DNA from: Tubulanus polymorphus
Taxonomy: Eukaryota; Animalia; Nemertea
Assembly (NCBI RefSeq): GCF_964204645.1
Contig: NC_134031.1
Location: 4,960,001-5,024,000, forward strand
Direction: 5' to 3'
Length of the DNA stretch: 64,000 nucleotides
Shown: positions 36,733 through 52,100 of the stretch, in pieces
Numbering within the stretch: the stretch's first letter is position 1
Layout: each line of letters opens with the position of its first letter
Notes under the pieces: generated by a model
What the model saw: the letters and a program-made list of their open reading frames with translations, nothing else
The model's database searches: none
Told to the model about the DNA's origin: nothing
Made by a program: the position numbers and the translations under genes

Positions 36733-39700
36733 CTACCTACGTACGGGACCCCAGGCAAAGTTCATACGCGGCGTCGACGTCGAGTTATTCGTCGTGGCCA
36801 CCGCTGACAGCGACGGGAAATCTTCGGTGCTGTTCGTGTCCGGTTGTTGATCCCACGGAGCGCCAGTGCAAATGTATCCGCTCGACTTCTGCCCGTTGTC
36901 CTGACGCGAGTCGTCGCGCGACGGAACCATGTACTGCTCGAGGTTCTCTTGATCGCGAACGTCTTGCATCTGCGCGAAGAAAAAGGACGGAATAGAAGTT
37001 CAGAATGAATATCGCGAAATTTTTATCAATCCAATCAATTAACATAGTCAAAAACGCAAGACATATGGAAACTGTTTGATTTTACGCGCAATTTAACAAT
37101 CTCAACAAATTTCCAATTTCTGGCTTTTTTTTTCATTTTCCCCAATTTTCCCCTCCCCAAAATCCTACGACTTTTTCAAAGAGAAGAAATATACCCGACT
37201 TTTTCCAGGCACGATTTCCAGGCAAGTGGGCACTGTGCCAACGTTATAAATAACAGAATAAATGCAACCTCTCAAAAATCCCAGCATATCTGCTTACTAT
37301 AATTCTAACTTGCAACTGGGCGTACAATAATTTACGCTTAAAAAACTTACATATTCCTCTTCGAGGTTCAACAGATGATCGCGACAATCGTACACGTTAT
37401 CCTCGGAGCCGGTGATCGTGACGAGATCCGGATTCGTGTCGGTGCCGCGCGGGAAGCGTATGTCGACCTTGTAATCCTCCATGACCTTCTTGATCGCGCG
37501 ACCTCGACCGCCAATGATGCGCGAGTGAACGCGTCGGTCGAGTTCCACCTCGATCGACGTCTTCGACTCGAGCTCGCGTACAATCTCGAGGATGTCGGCC
37601 TTCGCGGCGCTGGCGTTCTTCTCGTAGCCGACGATCGTGATCAGATCCTCATTCTCCTCTTTGCGTTCGGGGAACTGGATGTTAACATCGTGGTCCATGC
37701 GGATTTTCGAGATGACGGCGCCTTTTCGCCCGATGATCTTCGGATGGTGTTTCGGATCGACGTGGATCTCCAGTTTGAAACTCTTCAGCTCCTGAATTGA
37801 AACAACAAAATTAACTGAATTTTCTTTAGTCAGTTTTTTCCAAATTGTTTCTAGTTCTTTCACTTCCTATTATTTTTGTTTCTTTGCCATCTGTCCAGCC
37901 CAGCTATGTTATAGACACCTAATTCTAGAATTACCGAACCAAGTATCTAATAAAGCGCGAAACATACATTGGATTCTACGGTAATTAGCTAATATCATTT
38001 CAGTTTAGGTCTTAATCATGAATCATATTTTTCAGAATTATTCAGCTCTTCAAGTCCCTCATGATTGGTTGATTAACTTAATGGTCTATGAACTATATAT
38101 ACATACATGACATCATCAGTCTTACTAAGGATCCGATTATTTTGTCATTACAGGAAAATCATATCCTTTTTTTATCAAAATTAGCCCTTAAATGAAACTC
38201 CTGTCCGGGGAGGGGAAGCCTCCGGATCATACAGTTTAAGTTCTAATATCATCATCAAGGACATGCAAGTATCTAAGTTTGGGGTATGGAACCATCTCCC
38301 AAGAGCTAGGCTCCGGCGTCCGGCCGGTTTATAACCTACCCTGTCTTCCTTCTCCAAGTTCAACTGATCCATCTTATCCTGGAGCGCGCGTTTCGCGTCC
38401 TCGACGTTCGCCGGCGGTCCAATGATCGTGATGGTGTCGCTCTGGGCAGACGGCGGCGGAATCGACAGATTCACGTCGAAGTCGTCCATCATTTTGCGCA
38501 CGTCGCGACCTTTCTGTCCGATGATGAAGCGATGGAATTCGTACGGCACGTTGAACTCCTCGGTCACCGGCACTAGAGCCTACAATATACAATAACAACA
38601 TTTCTTCAGGGATTTGTTAACCAGCCAGTACTGTACACCTGTCGAATACAGTAAAGCTCGCCTAACTCAGATACGGCCAACTCGGACTTTTAAATTACAT
38701 GATACGGCCAACTCGGACTTTTAAAATTAGACGTGACAAAAACAAAATCATTTTCCGACTTCCTGAGATATTTTACAATCCATAATTCAGACTAGCGCTT
38801 AACGGGGACTGATCGTGCCACTCCAAGTTTGTCCGAGGTAGGTGAGGTTTTAGTCTATACCGACATAAAATAGCTAAGCTGGTTTCATACTCCTATAAAA
38901 TTCCATGGTATCAAAACTTTTGAGACGTATTAAGAAAATCTCAAATTTTGAGATTTTCATCATGATAACATCAAGAATTCTATCAATTTTTTAGTTTCAG
39001 CTAGGATTCCGACCACGGACTTGGCTGTTGATAAAATGATTATTTCTAGGGTTCTCAAGTACTACTTACGAGCAAAGCTTCCTTTGCACCTTGGCAATTC
39101 TCCGGTTTACCGCTGATTGTAATGATATCGCAAGCTCTCGGCTTCGTGTCATCGCTACTCTCGCTGGCGGCGTCTCCGTTTACCAACTCGTCGCTGCCGT
39201 TCTCTGGCTCGGACGTTCCGTTCTCTTTTGGCACTACGAAAATAAAATAGAAGGAAATCGTTATGGAATCGTTTCATCTTCATTCATCTCCTTGTAAAAT
39301 CGCAATAGACTGCGCTTAGATCGTATTGAACTAATGAATTTGATCCGGTGTGTGAGAAAACATGTGTTACATGCAGAAATTACACCCTTAGAAATTTTGG
39401 GCATGTCTTTACGTCTAATGAGTTTGTTCTCATGGGGTTTTGGACGTAACATCCAACATCTATCTATCACCTGAGCATTTCGAATGTAATTCTAATAACC
39501 CCTCGCTGTTAATTCGTTTGCCTGACATCCAATAGATGTCGCTAGCGTCTTCATTCAAAACAAACACGGCAGCTCTGGGGTAGGCGAAATACTCACGAAT
39601 TTTGCCCAATCAATTTAAACCCTAGGAAAATGAGGAATCCGGAAACAATTGAAACCTTTAAGAGGTTGAAGTGAACCAACAAAATGATCTGTAAATTATC

Positions 39701-40144
39701 AGATTTTGAAATAGATGAATATCTGGTGGAGTGGTTCCTAGCTGCAGATTGACCACCGGCACTGCAAGAAATTCTAACTTGTTTCAAATCTACTATTGGA
39801 AACAAATATCGCATCGAATGATTTGTTTCCGCAACATTCGATCGAGTCATCAAAGAAAGACGGGAAAATAATTCTACTTACCATCGCCGTTCACCGGACG
39901 ATCGGGGAATTTAATTCCGACCTCGTGATCGCGCGTGATTTCTTGTACCTTGTAACCTTTAGCACCCATTACCGTACGGTGATACTTCTGAGGAATGATC
40001 AACTCGATCGTCACCATCGAATCCTGGAAAGAATATTCAAATCAAAACGTCAAAAATAGTCAGCGCTCAAGGACAGGCGTAATCAAATAATCAGTGTTCT
40101 TTAAAGCATCACCATCAGTAGTAACATTATGATCATTATTATTA

Positions 40145-40184
<40 letters not shown>

Positions 40185-43100
40185 CATCAATTTCCCAACA
40201 ATTATCATGATTTTATTATCACTTAGGGTTGAGTTTTCATCCCCTTCTTGATGCACAATTTTGTATATTTACGTATATAGTGATTGAAATTCTTTTGGGT
40301 CTAAATAAACTTCAATATAAAGCGAGTAGAATTTCATCATAACGCACTCTGATTCGAAAACAATTGATCAGTTGATGTCAAGAGGCTTTTTTGTCATATC
40401 ATTAATTCGTTTATCCTGGGTTCTTACAGATCAGGGAATCCGAAATTCCCCCCCTAGCCCTACGGCAACCTAACCCTACGGCAAATTCAGGCGACATTTA
40501 CCCACAGGGAAAAATAAATCCGGAATTCCATGATTCGTAAGAACGTCGTAATATTCAAAACGTACCAAATCATCGACGATTTCTTGTATTCGCTTTTTCG
40601 CGCTCGCGACGCACTCTTTGGACCCTTTCAACACGACGCGGTCGCTCTTGACGCCGCTACGCGGGAAGCTGACCGTCACGCCGCCGTACTCCTCAGCTAT
40701 CTGACGCAGCACTTCGCCGCGTCGCGCGACAAAGTGCCGATGGTGTCGCGGATCGACGTTCATGTCATCTTCGACGATGTTTTCCTGAAAATGAATAGAA
40801 ACAAGAGATAAAGCAAACATGCAAACAATTGAGCCCAACAATGCACACGATGCAGGCAAAATGCAGAATCAAATCTGTTTGAATTCAGAATGGCTGTTTC
40901 CCAAACCCATGTTTACACAGGAGAACATTTGGAAACTTGGAATCCCTGCGTCGTATGTGTTGGGCTTTCGGGAGAGTTTGTTCAGAAGAAATTATAGTAA
41001 TCTCTGCTCGAGTCTGATCCGATCAATTCAGAGATTGCACTGTTGATGTATGCTCAAATATTTTTTCACCCGATATATGAACTACGTACTATCCGACTCT
41101 GGTAGGGGCACGAATCTGAATTAAGGGTTGACTGTATACGGTATGTTGAAAAGAGGCCAGTTCTGCAGTAGTGAATCAATATGTTAAACATTAAGTGACT
41201 GGAATCAAGAAAGCTTATTTCAGTAGAAATTAAATCAACAACTGTGATTCAAAAATTTGTGAATTTAAGAGCTAGTTGCATGCTTTAATCCGAAAAAGAA
41301 GATATTTCAACAATCGATGTAGTTTTGTTCCATTTTTAAATGAAAATAAATGACGTTAAGACCCCAAAAACTTATATACGTATCATTCATATGAACAATT
41401 TTAAAATGAGGAGCTCGCACGTTCAATGTCATTGCATAATTTCATTGCTTTTTTGCGCAGCCGAATTTATTACTAATTCAAAACGGGAGGCAATATTTCA
41501 AAACGATATCCCATTCATAATCATCCGGTGATTACAGTTATATGAAAATATTTACGACGCACCAGATGGCCATTTCGGGTAAATATCGGGCAGCGTCGAT
41601 TTCGATTACCGTACGCAATTTTTGCATGGATAATTCATGATTATAATTGATATATAACTGCGCTTTGTCGGTGCGGTCTATCTATGTCTATGCGCGGCGA
41701 ACGAAACAGGTGTTACGAACATGTACATCCTGAATTCAGACGCATCTGGCGATCATCGAGGCGACTCGATCGATTGGTTTATCGAATTTTCAACAGATGT
41801 GACAAGACGCGGCGCCTCGTTTCATACACAAGATGTACGCAGGGCCCTGTATATAGTCAACCCTCGATAATCCGCCATTTGACTTTGCCCCAAATTGGTT
41901 TTTGCCGGTAAACTTTTGAATTCTCAATTACAAAAATTTGTTCGTTGAAATCCAGTGAAAGAACGTTGATGTAGAGAATATTTATCTATCAGAATAATCA
42001 TTAACCCTTTCAGTGCTGACTAATTAATACCCTATAGTGCTGGAGATAATTTGAAATTTTTATAAAAATTACACCCTAGTGTGTTGAATAACGGGAATAC
42101 CACTGTAGTGCCTCTACACCGCGGTGCGGTATATCGTTAGTTACTAGTATTTCACTATGTTTGACAGGTTGCAGCCATTTTTCAAGAGAGATAATTACTA
42201 ATTACATCAATACACCGCAGTGCGGTGTACTAGCAAAAATCACTGATTTATACACCGCACTGCGGTGTAGATGCACTGAAAGGGTTAAAGCTATTAGCGG
42301 TGATAGATAAGAGTGCTATCTATTTGTTTCGTGGAATTTGTAAAAACACCTCTGAGTTGGCGAATATTTCTCGTGGCCTGATAATACTGGCTGGAAATTA
42401 TAGTCAGCATTTGAATCGTGGTCTATAATTCTAGGGAAGATAACGATTTATACACGACAGTTCATTGAATTATCATATGTAGTACATTGTTCTCGCAGTT
42501 ACAGGTCGTATGAAATAAGATTTCCCAAGGTTTTCCTACGTACTTCGCATTTAATTTTTCAATTTTCTCAAATGGAAACAGGGCGTTCGTAAAGACGAAC
42601 ACACCATCGCATATCGATGTTATAGCGGTGACTGATTGATGAAGGTGATTATCGAGAAAATTTGCAGATGAAAGTTGCCCTTAGACAAGCAATCGACATA
42701 TCACAACTAATGCTATGTGAAGCGCGAAATATATTTTCCAAACTAGGAAAAAATTATTATGAAATTCCAAAGTTTTTCCTGATTTTCTGGTACTGTGGGA
42801 ACAGTGTGTATAAACTCTGCTAAGCTCTCTATACTGACACAGAATATACGAACGTATTCTACTTACCAAGTCGCTGATCAATGTTTCCAATTCCGTTTTC
42901 GCACTCTTCACCGAGTCTTCCTCGCCGATGATGTAGATGATCTCTTGATCGGCGTCTTTCGACGACGGGAATATAATTCTCGCGCCCGTACGATCCCTCA
43001 CCTGCAATTTACAAATCGATATTCAAAAATCTTCTCCGCTGTTCACACGATTCAGGTAACATTTCCTCAAATCCACGGATTAATTCCCAGAATTTAGGAA

Positions 43101-46100
43101 GAGGGGGGCGCATTCAAAGAGAAGACAATTTTTCGTGAATCTAGGAGACAATTTCCTAGGTTCCAGGGGTTCCCTCAGCCAATCCAGGATAAATGGCTCG
43201 TACAATGGCAGGGTGGAGGGTCATCGCTCGGACATTAAAAAATTTTTTTTAAAGATTTTGCCTTTTCCTAGTTTCAGAGTTCTCCCTGACCTATGACCAA
43301 ATATTCCCAGATTCAATTTTAAGACATCCTCAGTGGGAGCTGTTACGTATTGAGTGGTTTCTTGTGCCACTCATCACCAACAAGAACAAGACATGAAACA
43401 TTCAAATTCCCTGGCTTTTCAAGAAGAGTCTTCACACATCACCCGCAGGGAAAAATAAATCCAGAATTTCCTGATCTTTCAGAACCCAGTAATTTTCCCC
43501 TAACAGCACGTTTAAAACTTTGCCACACTCACTATAAATACTTCTTAATCTCCGGACAAGAGTTTGATGAAAAATCAATTTTCATTATCTAATTATCAAT
43601 CTTCATACCTTCTTGATATTAGCGCCACCCTTTCCGATGAGGAATTTGTGGTAATTAGGTTTCGCGCGGATTTCCGCCGTGAAGCCCGTTTTCTCTCGCT
43701 CGGACGTCTGCTGCAGCAGCTGTTTACGCGCGTTCTCCACGTCGTCCTTCGGGCCGCGAATCGTCACCTTGTCGTTCTTGGCGCCCTCCGGCGGGAAACG
43801 GATGATCACGCCGCCGCACTCCTCCATGATCGCGCGGATCAGACGGCCTTTCGCGCCGATGATCGCGTTGTGGTGTTTGTGCGGAATTTCGATCGTCACT
43901 TCCTTGATGTTAGCCTGAAAAACGTGAACGCATGGAAAATCTGTTTCCTGGCTGACAGTTCTGGAGTAAAGTTGAGTCAAACAGGGCGGCCACTTTTCTT
44001 TGACCTGCTTTTTCCCTGACTATTCCGACATGCAAATTTTTTTAACTGTTAAATCCTACGTGCGATCTAGCAATCTCAACAAATTTTCTAGCTTTTTTTT
44101 ATACCAAATTCCCTGGCTTTTCCCTGATTTCTGGTTAAGTGGCCACCCTTTCAAATACTGCACAACTGGACAACCTACACATAATTCCTGCATTTAAAAA
44201 GGCCTCCCAGTCAGCTAACTCTTAATTCAAACAAATTCGAGCGGCCAAATAGAAATCTTAGTAACAAATTGCCGAGTTACACTTACCAATTCTTTTTGAA
44301 TGAGTTCAATACGATTTTTGGCTATTTCGACGTTGGCTTTCTTTCCGGTGATGACGATCACATCCGAGTCGGAATTCTCGCTGGGCAGATCGATTTTCGT
44401 GTCCGTTTCATCGCGAATCTTAAAAGAGTATAACGCATTGAAATGAAGAACACTTGGTAACCTGTCAGAGGGCGTTTTTAAGCCTACTATACTCGGTTAC
44501 TTTTCGGTAACCCTTAGTCTTCTCGTAACAGCTTTTATTACTTTAATATCCCACTTGTTTAAGGGATACTTGAGAATCTTGGGTTGATAACCCCATTAGT
44601 CTAGATCTTGACAGCTCAAGCGATACTACAGTATCACACTTGCCCAAGCGATAGACTGAGGAATTCTTCCTGGTTCCTGCCAACAGTTGAGACTCTATGG
44701 AATGCTCAATTGCCACAGTAACCATTCTAGCATTTCCTTCTAGCTTTGTGAACATTCTACGAACTATTTCGTTATCAATATCAATACCTTTCTGATAGTG
44801 GCGCCACCCTTGCCGATGATATTCTTATGGAACTGCTTGAAGATGTGCACCGACGCCTGGTAGTTGTTCTCTTTCAGCTCCTGATGCAGTTTCTGTAAAT
44901 ACTTGTAGCACTTGTCGACGTCCTCCTTCGGACCACGAATCTGGACCACGTCGCTTTTCTTCGCCGGATCCGGGACACTGATTTGCGCCTGTGAAAAGTA
45001 TAAAGTCCGGTACAAGACTAAATGAAATACAAGCTCGAATATTTCGGCGAAAGGACTGAACTCCACTCGACTTACCTCATTAAACATTTCCCTGATGTCT
45101 CGAATACTTTGGCCTTTAGCGCCGATGATTGTCTTGTGGAAGCGTTGTTCAATCAGTATGTCCCGTACGCGTTCGTTTTCCTGGAAAGAGTAAATGAAAA
45201 CGGTGTTTTTAGTTTAGCGAATTCAGTTCTGGTCAAAGCGGTTTACATACACAACTAAATTATCAACACTATCAATAGCATTGAAACATCTATATCTATG
45301 TAACAAGACATCGCAACGCAATCGACAACCTTCAGGCATTCACAATGGTAATGATAGTGTAGAGTCTTGATCACTTTTTGAATGTGTCCTGATAAAATTC
45401 AGGGATGAGAACGCCGACCTGTAAAATCGGCGGGTTATTTTTCTTGAGTGACATACGCGAACCAGCTGACGGCGTAGCATGAATATGCATTGAAATGCGA
45501 TACTTTTACGTGACGACAAGTAAAACAGGCACTGAACGCTTTTACGGTTCACCTGATTACCGATCGCGCCGGACCAATTGAGTGAGATCATCACCCCCCC
45601 CCATACTTTTACATCATTTTTGGACTATTTGGAAAATTGATATTTTTCAATACTGAAATCCGCGGGAAACCGCGGATCCGCGGGGAATTCTCATCTCTGA
45701 AAATTACCAATTCCGTATGTTTGTTAGTCCATGTTCAGTTAGAAATGCGATCTTGGGCAATCACTTTTTGAAAGAGTGGCGATTGAATGCCCAGTGTTAG
45801 GGGGTTTAATCATTCTTTAAAACATTTCCGGATTTTTCTATCTTTATTGTGGGATTCTCGTGATAGTATTGTCACAACACCGGTTGTGTCTCTTCAATGG
45901 TTTTCAAAGTGCGGTTATCAAATGATTAATACTGAGTGTTTTGTAGTCTATTTTAAACAATAAAAATCTGTGTCGAGGTCATAATCACAAGTGAAGCCCG
46001 GATGATTAAAAAAGTTGCCCAAAAGGGCACAAGTAACCCAGCAAACCTGAGATTAAACACGTGTCTCTCGCGTGTGGAGGCAACTCACCATTTTTTGAGC

Positions 46101-49100
46101 CATGTCCAGAAGTTCTTTCTTTGCCGTTTGGACGCCTTTCGGATCGCCTTCGATACGGATGATCGGACTGGTGTCGCCGTCTGCCGGTATACGAATCGAC
46201 ACGCCCGTTTCGTTCTTGATGCGCGTGATGTTCGCGCCTTGTCGACCGATGATGTGCCGATGGTACTTCGGATCAATCTAATTAGATATCGATACATCAT
46301 TCATCAATTCGTTAAGAAGCCATTGTTGTTCTGGCGTGTACACGAATTCAAAATCCTCTAGTTTTTTTCTCAAGTATCACATGAGTGATTTTACAACTTT
46401 CCCAAATAGAAATGGAGCCTTTTAAAAGTGAACAGTAAAACGCGTTCACCTCGGGGGAGTTGGATAAAATGTATTTCATAGAGTCTATACTGTACAACCT
46501 TTTACATTATTAAAATGAGGAGTTCTATGTACGATAACTGTTGAGTTAATCATTATAATACTAACGGATATTAATGTTTGAAATATAGCCTTATGGAGAA
46601 GTATGTATATCTACGTATGCATATGCAGGTAACATATTTTCAAAGCGGTTTTTATGATGAATAGTCATCACATCCAATAAAATATCTACTGGTAACATGT
46701 GTTTGGTTCTAGTCGGGTTGGTTTTGGTTAGGGGGAGGGGCGGAAGTTGAATGAATTATAACCCGCTCAAATCACCATCGATGTTTTTACTTCTAAACTC
46801 GATATTGAGAAATGGCGACCAAATTATTTCCATACCATCATGCTACAGGCATGTCAATGTTTTGGTTGTGGACTGGTTGATAGAAGTTATTTTTAAGCTA
46901 TTTGGCCCTGCAGCCAGCAATTGCCATCTGAGAAATATGCTCTACGTAAAGTGTAGAACAAATTTCCTAAATAATTTGCGGATTAGAGGAGACCCTATCG
47001 AATTCCCAAATATTTCTGGGAAAAACTATTTTGAAATCGCCAAGTTTATTCCCGATTTCCCAGTACTGCGGGGACTACGCGCCTTTTTTTACATCACTGG
47101 GAACCAGTTCGTACTTACCTTAATTTCTACGAAGTCCATTCGACTCGTCAAGTCTTTCACTTTCTTCTCGAGTTCCTCTCGAGCCTGCTCTACTTCGCCG
47201 GGTGGGCCCTCGATTACGATTTTGTCCTCGCCGTCGGTAAACTCGATGTGTACCTTGAAATAACGAGGACGAGCAAACGATCAGAAATGGACGATAGATT
47301 AAGAATCAGATACTTCGACAGAAGCCAAACTCTTAAAGGCTTTTGATAAAAAATTATTTCATTAATCTTATGAAACAACTTCTTAACAATAAAGTTAAGA
47401 AGTTGCACGTTGCCTATTCCAATTGCCTATAATATTTCTCAGAATTGAAGGAGTTTCGGGAATTTTGTTCCAATTTAAGGAGTTTTAAGCACCTTTGAAA
47501 GCATTTTATGGTTAGGAGTTTTGAAGGAATCAAGGGAATTGTAGGGACAAGTCTTTCTTCAGATTCAATGTCACATACATGTCTATATGTTTATATAAAG
47601 TCAGTTCCAGGAAACCTGTTCAATGATATGTTAGGATTCGACGCGTGGAAAACATATCTACTAGGACATATTCAACTTGGAACTTAAATTCGAGTCTGTG
47701 TTGAGTCATAATCAGACTTAAGCTGCGGTACTGTTTATATGTATTTCAGTTACAACTGCGGTAAGCGGGTGTAATACTACGTGGCACAATGGATACAGGG
47801 GGTAAACGTACCTTCGGTAAATCTTGCGTAATCTGTTTAACCGTAATTCCTTTGCGTCCAATGATGAACCGGTGCAACCAGGACGGCGCGTCGATTTCGG
47901 CGATAATAACGCTGTTAGCCTGGACAAAAAAAAAGAGATCAACGACCTTAAGTATTGAACACCCCATGGCGCGTCAATTTCGGTGATAATTACGCTGTTA
48001 GCCTGGACAAAAAAAAGAGATCAACGACCTTAAGTATTGAATGCCCCATGACTCGTATCGATTTCACCGAAAACTAGATCGTTAGGTGGTTAGAGCGTAT
48101 GTGACCTCAAACTGAACTTATGTAATGATAAAAGTACCCGATTATCTAATATAAGTACTGGAGCTCTGGCAGCTGTTGTGCTTAATGATTGATTATGCTG
48201 ACACCAATATTGCCGTACAAGCCCTCCTGGTTCTATCATATAGAGGATTTGGATGTGGTATAGAAGAGTGAAGAGGCGAGAGGGAGAGTGAGATATAGAA
48301 TGAGAGGGTGAGGACTCGGAGGGAGAGAGAGGGAGAGAGATGAGGGTATTGACCAAAACAGAGGCTGCAAGAGAGGGAGGATAACTAAATAGGCAGGGAG
48401 AAAAGGGGGGAAAGGATAGTGACTAAGATGAAGGGTGAGGGAAGGGAAAAGAGACTAGAACAGAATAGAGGGAGAGAGGTAAAGAAAGAAGGAGAGTAAG
48501 AAAGAAGAGAGAGGAGAGGGAGACAGAAGTACACCGAAAGTTCAGTAAATCTAGGTGAAATTCGGTTTTCGTAGTTAGTCGACTATTTGCGAACTAAGTG
48601 AAACCGAATGTCAGTTGACACTTAGTCGGAACTTATACTCCGGAATTAGTCGACCACAAGATCGAGCACGATCGCTGTAGTTCAAACCAAGTTCCAAGAT
48701 GGCAATCTAGTGAAGTGCATACGACCGAAATTATAGTGAGTCCAATTATCAGCTCCCACTGGCGAGTCGAATAACTACGCAAACCAATGTTTGTCCAATA
48801 TGAAGTGGTATCAGCATGAGCTGATAGGGTTCCAACTCGGGTTCTTCTCGCCCGTCGAAATTCGCTACGTTACCTTAGCGTAAACCATCGTCAACGCCGG
48901 GCCGAGTTTATCCGGTTCACCGCGAAGTGTAATCGTATCCGAGGAGCTGTCGAGCGGCGGAACTTCGACCGAAACGTCAGTGGCAAGGAGTATCTCGGCG
49001 AGGTTCGACCCGCGCGGACCGATCACGTACTTGTGCTGAGACTTCCTTACTTCGACGGACACCGGCTGGCACTTGCGGCGCTTTTCTTCGTAGATCGCCA

Positions 49101-52100
49101 TGATCTGCTGGATCGCCGAGTGAACGCCCTCTTTCTCGCCCGACACGGCGATCTCATCTTTGTTCAACGACGGCGGCGGAACGTTGATCTTCGCGCCGGT
49201 CATCTCCTGCAGGTCCTTCAGATTTTGATTGTTCGGCCCGACGATGAACGTGTGGTAGATTTTCGGTATCGGCAATCGTTCGAACGCCAGCTTCGACTGG
49301 AATAGATGAAAAATTTCACAATTTAAGTCAAAACAGTCGTAATGCTTCTATCCAACTATTTCATCAACCCTTTATTGCATTTACCCTATGGTGCGGTGTA
49401 TCCATAAAGTATTGTTGATAAGTTAATATCTCTATTGAAAGATGGTAGCACCTGTTAACCTTTTCAATGCTCAAACTTACTAATACCCGAGTGCTGGAAA
49501 TTTGAAACTTTTAAAAATTCTACCCCAGTGCGCGGAATAAGGAGCATACTGATTTAATGCGTCTACACCGCAGCGCAATGTATAGTTAGCTACTAACATT
49601 TGACTTCGTTTGACAGGTGCTGCCATCTTTCATAAGAGATAAAGACTAATTACTAATAACATCAATACACCGCAATGTGGTGTACAAACAAAACACATCT
49701 ACGATTTATATACCGCACCAAAAATCATCCCTACTTTCGGGCATTAATTAGTCAGGACTGAAAAGGTTTAAGCCGAAAATTTGACTGTACGGCCAAATAA
49801 CGTCCACTCGCGATAAATACCGACCTGTTCTTCAGAGATGAGCTGAATTTCATGTCGAGCCTTCTCGATGCCATCTTTAGTACCAGTAATCTTGATCACG
49901 TCGTCTTTCTCGTCCTGACGCGGAATCATGATCTTCGTCGCCGTGTTGTTCTCCAGTTCCTGGAAAAAATTAACGAGAAAATGTTCGCCGATTGTTTTCA
50001 ACGCCATGAAAATGAGGAACCAAATCAAAATCACAATTAAACTGATTCAAATGAAACGGATGATTTGATCGTACAATAATCTTTTTGACTGCAACTAACA
50101 GACTAAAACTAACTGTAAGTCATACCAATTGGCTTTGGGCAGTATTGAAAAAATTCCGAATAACCTCAAAGGGTATTCCCCGACAGTGGACATAGGTTCT
50201 CTGGGATAGATTGCAACAATCACTTCATACAAAACGTGTTCTCACACGTTTAAATGATTTTGAAAAAAACGTAATGAATTTTCAAATAACCTGGACTAAG
50301 AGGGTTCCGCAGTTTTTCATATGCACGAAACCATGATCACAACTAATTTTCATACCTGTCGTTTCTTCCCGTTTTTCCCGAGAATGAAGCGGTGATGTTC
50401 CTTCGGTATTCGAATAGCGTCGTTGGCTTGGGTTTGTAGTTGTTGGGTGACGAGTCGCCGCGCTTTCACCACCGAGTCGGCCTTACCGGTTATCACTACG
50501 GTCAACGATTCGTCCTTCGCGAGACTCATCTCGATTGAAACGCCTATCGTAGAAAAAGTCCAACAAATCAGAAATGAAAGACGAATCCGGTGGGATCGAA
50601 CCTGCTAAACCCTTTCAGTGCGGTGTATTAAATTGAGGATTGATTTTGCTAGTACACCGCACTGCGGTGTATTGATGTTATAAGTAATTAGATTTTGTTT
50701 CAATTGAAAGATGGCCGTACCTGTCTAATATAGTGGAATATTACTAACTATTGATACATCGCACTGCGGTGTAGACCCCACAAAGCAATATGCCCATTAT
50801 TCAACACACTGGGGCGGAATCTTTTTAAAATTTTCTAAGTCAGCACTGAAAGGGTTCAGGATCTTCTAACAAGTACATTTCATACATTGATGCTTGGTAC
50901 GTACCAGTTTTTGTCATGATGTCCTGACAAATTCTAGCTTGTTGTTCCTGATCGCCGCCGAACTGTCTTTCGTTCATTTCGCGGTATCGTCGTTCCTCCA
51001 ACGGTACATGGAATACCTACATCAAATAAACGAAAGTTATTGTTATATCATCAGGGTCCCAACAGATCGCTTATTGCTGGATGTAAGGACTTTTTAAAGG
51101 AGAATATTTCAACTTTCGGAGGAATTGTCTGCATTCATATCCCAATTACTGTAGACTTTTCCTTGATTGGTACTGTTAATCTAGCAGTATTTCTACTTGA
51201 GTCCAGCACGAGTGAGTGATTGATGCCCTATAGGCCTATCGGAATGTTTTATAGAATACCTAAATTTGATATGTACAAATAACAGTTTATAGGAATTCAG
51301 GGGGACTTCGCTATAATAAAGTCCGATAGTGACAATTCATCAGATACTACGAACATAGAAATTTGTCCCAAGTAATACAATGTAATCAATTACGCACTGG
51401 ATATACAGAACCATCGGTAACCGGTATATCGAACAGATTTTCTGGTCCCGTGAAGTTTCATTGTAACGAGGTTTCTCAGTAGTATCATCGTTCACGACTG
51501 TAAGCTGAACATACTAACAATAGTGGGGGGTTCATTTCACGCTTTGTTGAGCGATTTCTAATTATTGCAGATTATTCGGACAGGACTCGCCCAGTTATGA
51601 TAGGGTTTAAACAAACGGGTGTTCAAATACAACGCTATTTAATATTATTTAATCCGTGGTAGATTGAGGCAGTATTCAATCATCGCGCTATTCACATTTC
51701 AACGAGCGTTTGATCGACTGGTCCCAGATGGTCGTACTGTGAATGAAATTTGAAGTGTAGCTGTCGATAAATATACATTATCTACACTTGTTTTATCATA
51801 GGCCAGAATACAATAACGATTACAAAACCGCGTTCGGAAAACCTTCAACAACATTCACCTGGAGCCATCCTCTAGATAAAAGGGAAGGCTGCGAATGTGT
51901 GAAAACCTTGGAAGAGCTTCGCGCGATTCATTCATTTTGAAAACAAATCAAACTGAATGCTTTTACTGTTACCTTCTGTGCAAAACTGTTATAAACCATC
52001 TATGAAGGCCCGCTTTTACTTTAGACCAAAAGTGGTCTTAAATCGAAGAATGGCATTAAATTGTTAGATTGGCTTCGGAACGAAGATGGCCTTAAGAACA

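Noticed and set aside
36600-36735. Open frame of ~44 codons after the vigilin TAG (possible stop-codon readthrough)
   Set aside because: The context TAG-ACA is not a readthrough motif, the extension is partly GA-repeat derived, and its length is compatible with chance.
50586-50606. Minus-strand GCAGGTTCGATCCCACCG resembling a tRNA T-arm
   Set aside because: No D-arm or anticodon arm, and it is cut off by a MITE; at most a SINE fragment.
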